From Nitrospiraceae bacterium (lineage in GTDB: Bacteria > Nitrospirota > Thermodesulfovibrionia > UBA6902), in contig QZIL01000043.1 of NCBI GenBank assembly GCA_003599025.1, positions 2,630 through 66,629 on the forward strand: a DNA stretch of 64,000 nt. Direction: 5' to 3'. Below are positions 63,896-64,000 of the stretch, piece by piece. The position numbers were made by a program, and so were the translations under genes. Position 1 is the stretch's first letter, and every line of letters starts with the position of its first letter. Under the pieces are notes generated by a model. That model was not told the origin of the DNA. It did no database searches and saw only the letters and a list, made by a program, of their open reading frames with translations.

Positions 63896-64000
63896 ATGGC
63901 AGACGACAAGAAAATTGAAGTCCTGATGACGGAAGGACGGACATTCCCGCCTTCAAAGGAATTAAGCAGCAAGGCCCATATAAAGAGTATGGCGGAATAC
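63896..64000 (+). CDS. acs: Acetyl-CoA synthetase, 5' end (truncated by the window edge)
   Basis: AGGAGG lies 4 nt upstream of the ATG. The translation MADDKKIEVLMTEGRTFPPSKELSSKAHIKSMAEY matches the typical Acs N-terminus pattern (..FPPS.E....AHI.S..EY). Only 35 codons are visible. Confidence 0.6.
   Translation, partial: MADDKKIEVLMTEGRTFPPSKELSSKAHIKSMAEY

Noticed and set aside
63670-63972. 100-aa minus-strand ORF overlapping the acs start
   Set aside because: It overlaps the YggT-like ORF and the acs 5' end, which has a strong RBS. It has no motifs and is likely spurious.

Overview
This window comes from a diderm (Gram-negative-type) bacterium that uses sigma54. The phylum cannot be determined from the sequence alone. 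I found no rRNA, tRNA, CRISPR array, transposase or recognisable defence system.

The window has four blocks:

1. **412-17308, all on the + strand: a tightly packed sensory island.** It holds four paralogous HisKA_2-type histidine kinases. Their transmitter halves are almost identical and their sensor halves differ. It also holds three periplasmic solute-binding proteins with no ABC permease or ATPase nearby, two paralogous TonB-dependent receptors, and one REC-PAS regulator with no output domain.

2. **17507-36424, - strand: a complete dcw cell-division and cell-wall cluster.** The gene order is mraZ-rsmH-ftsL-ftsI-murE-murF-mraY-murD-ftsW-murG-murC-murB-ddl-ftsQ-ftsA-ftsZ. The mraZ promoter and a three-box operator are readable. 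Short repeat elements occupy the unusually long intergenic gaps. They also appear to sit in frame inside ddl, murC and murD.

3. **36643-49452: housekeeping genes.** These are xerC/D, a Lon-like protease, a heptosyltransferase-GmhB fusion, a DUF3108 protein, ugd, tpiA-secG, small hypothetical proteins, an HTH/Zn-ribbon regulator, a KH protein and an ABC-F ATPase.

4. **49640-64000: a CbrA/CrbS-like locus.**
   - An unlisted 58-aa membrane ORF abuts a sodium-solute-symporter-fused histidine kinase.
   - Next is a degenerate sigma54-activator paralogue lacking GAFTGA and the HTH.
   - An ORF6N gene lies on the opposite strand.
   - There are two paralogous cNMP-binding/CBS/DUF294 nucleotidyltransferase genes, with an intact NtrC-type activator between them.
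   - A textbook -24/-12 promoter precedes the second DUF294 gene.
   - Downstream lie a DEDDh exonuclease, a DUF4212 plus VC_2705-type symporter pair, and the 5' end of acs.

The most interesting candidates are the TonB-receptor/binding-protein/kinase relay, the uncharacterised acs-linked nucleotidyltransferase-exonuclease module with its duplicated regulator, and the in-frame repeat insertions in essential Mur/Ddl enzymes.
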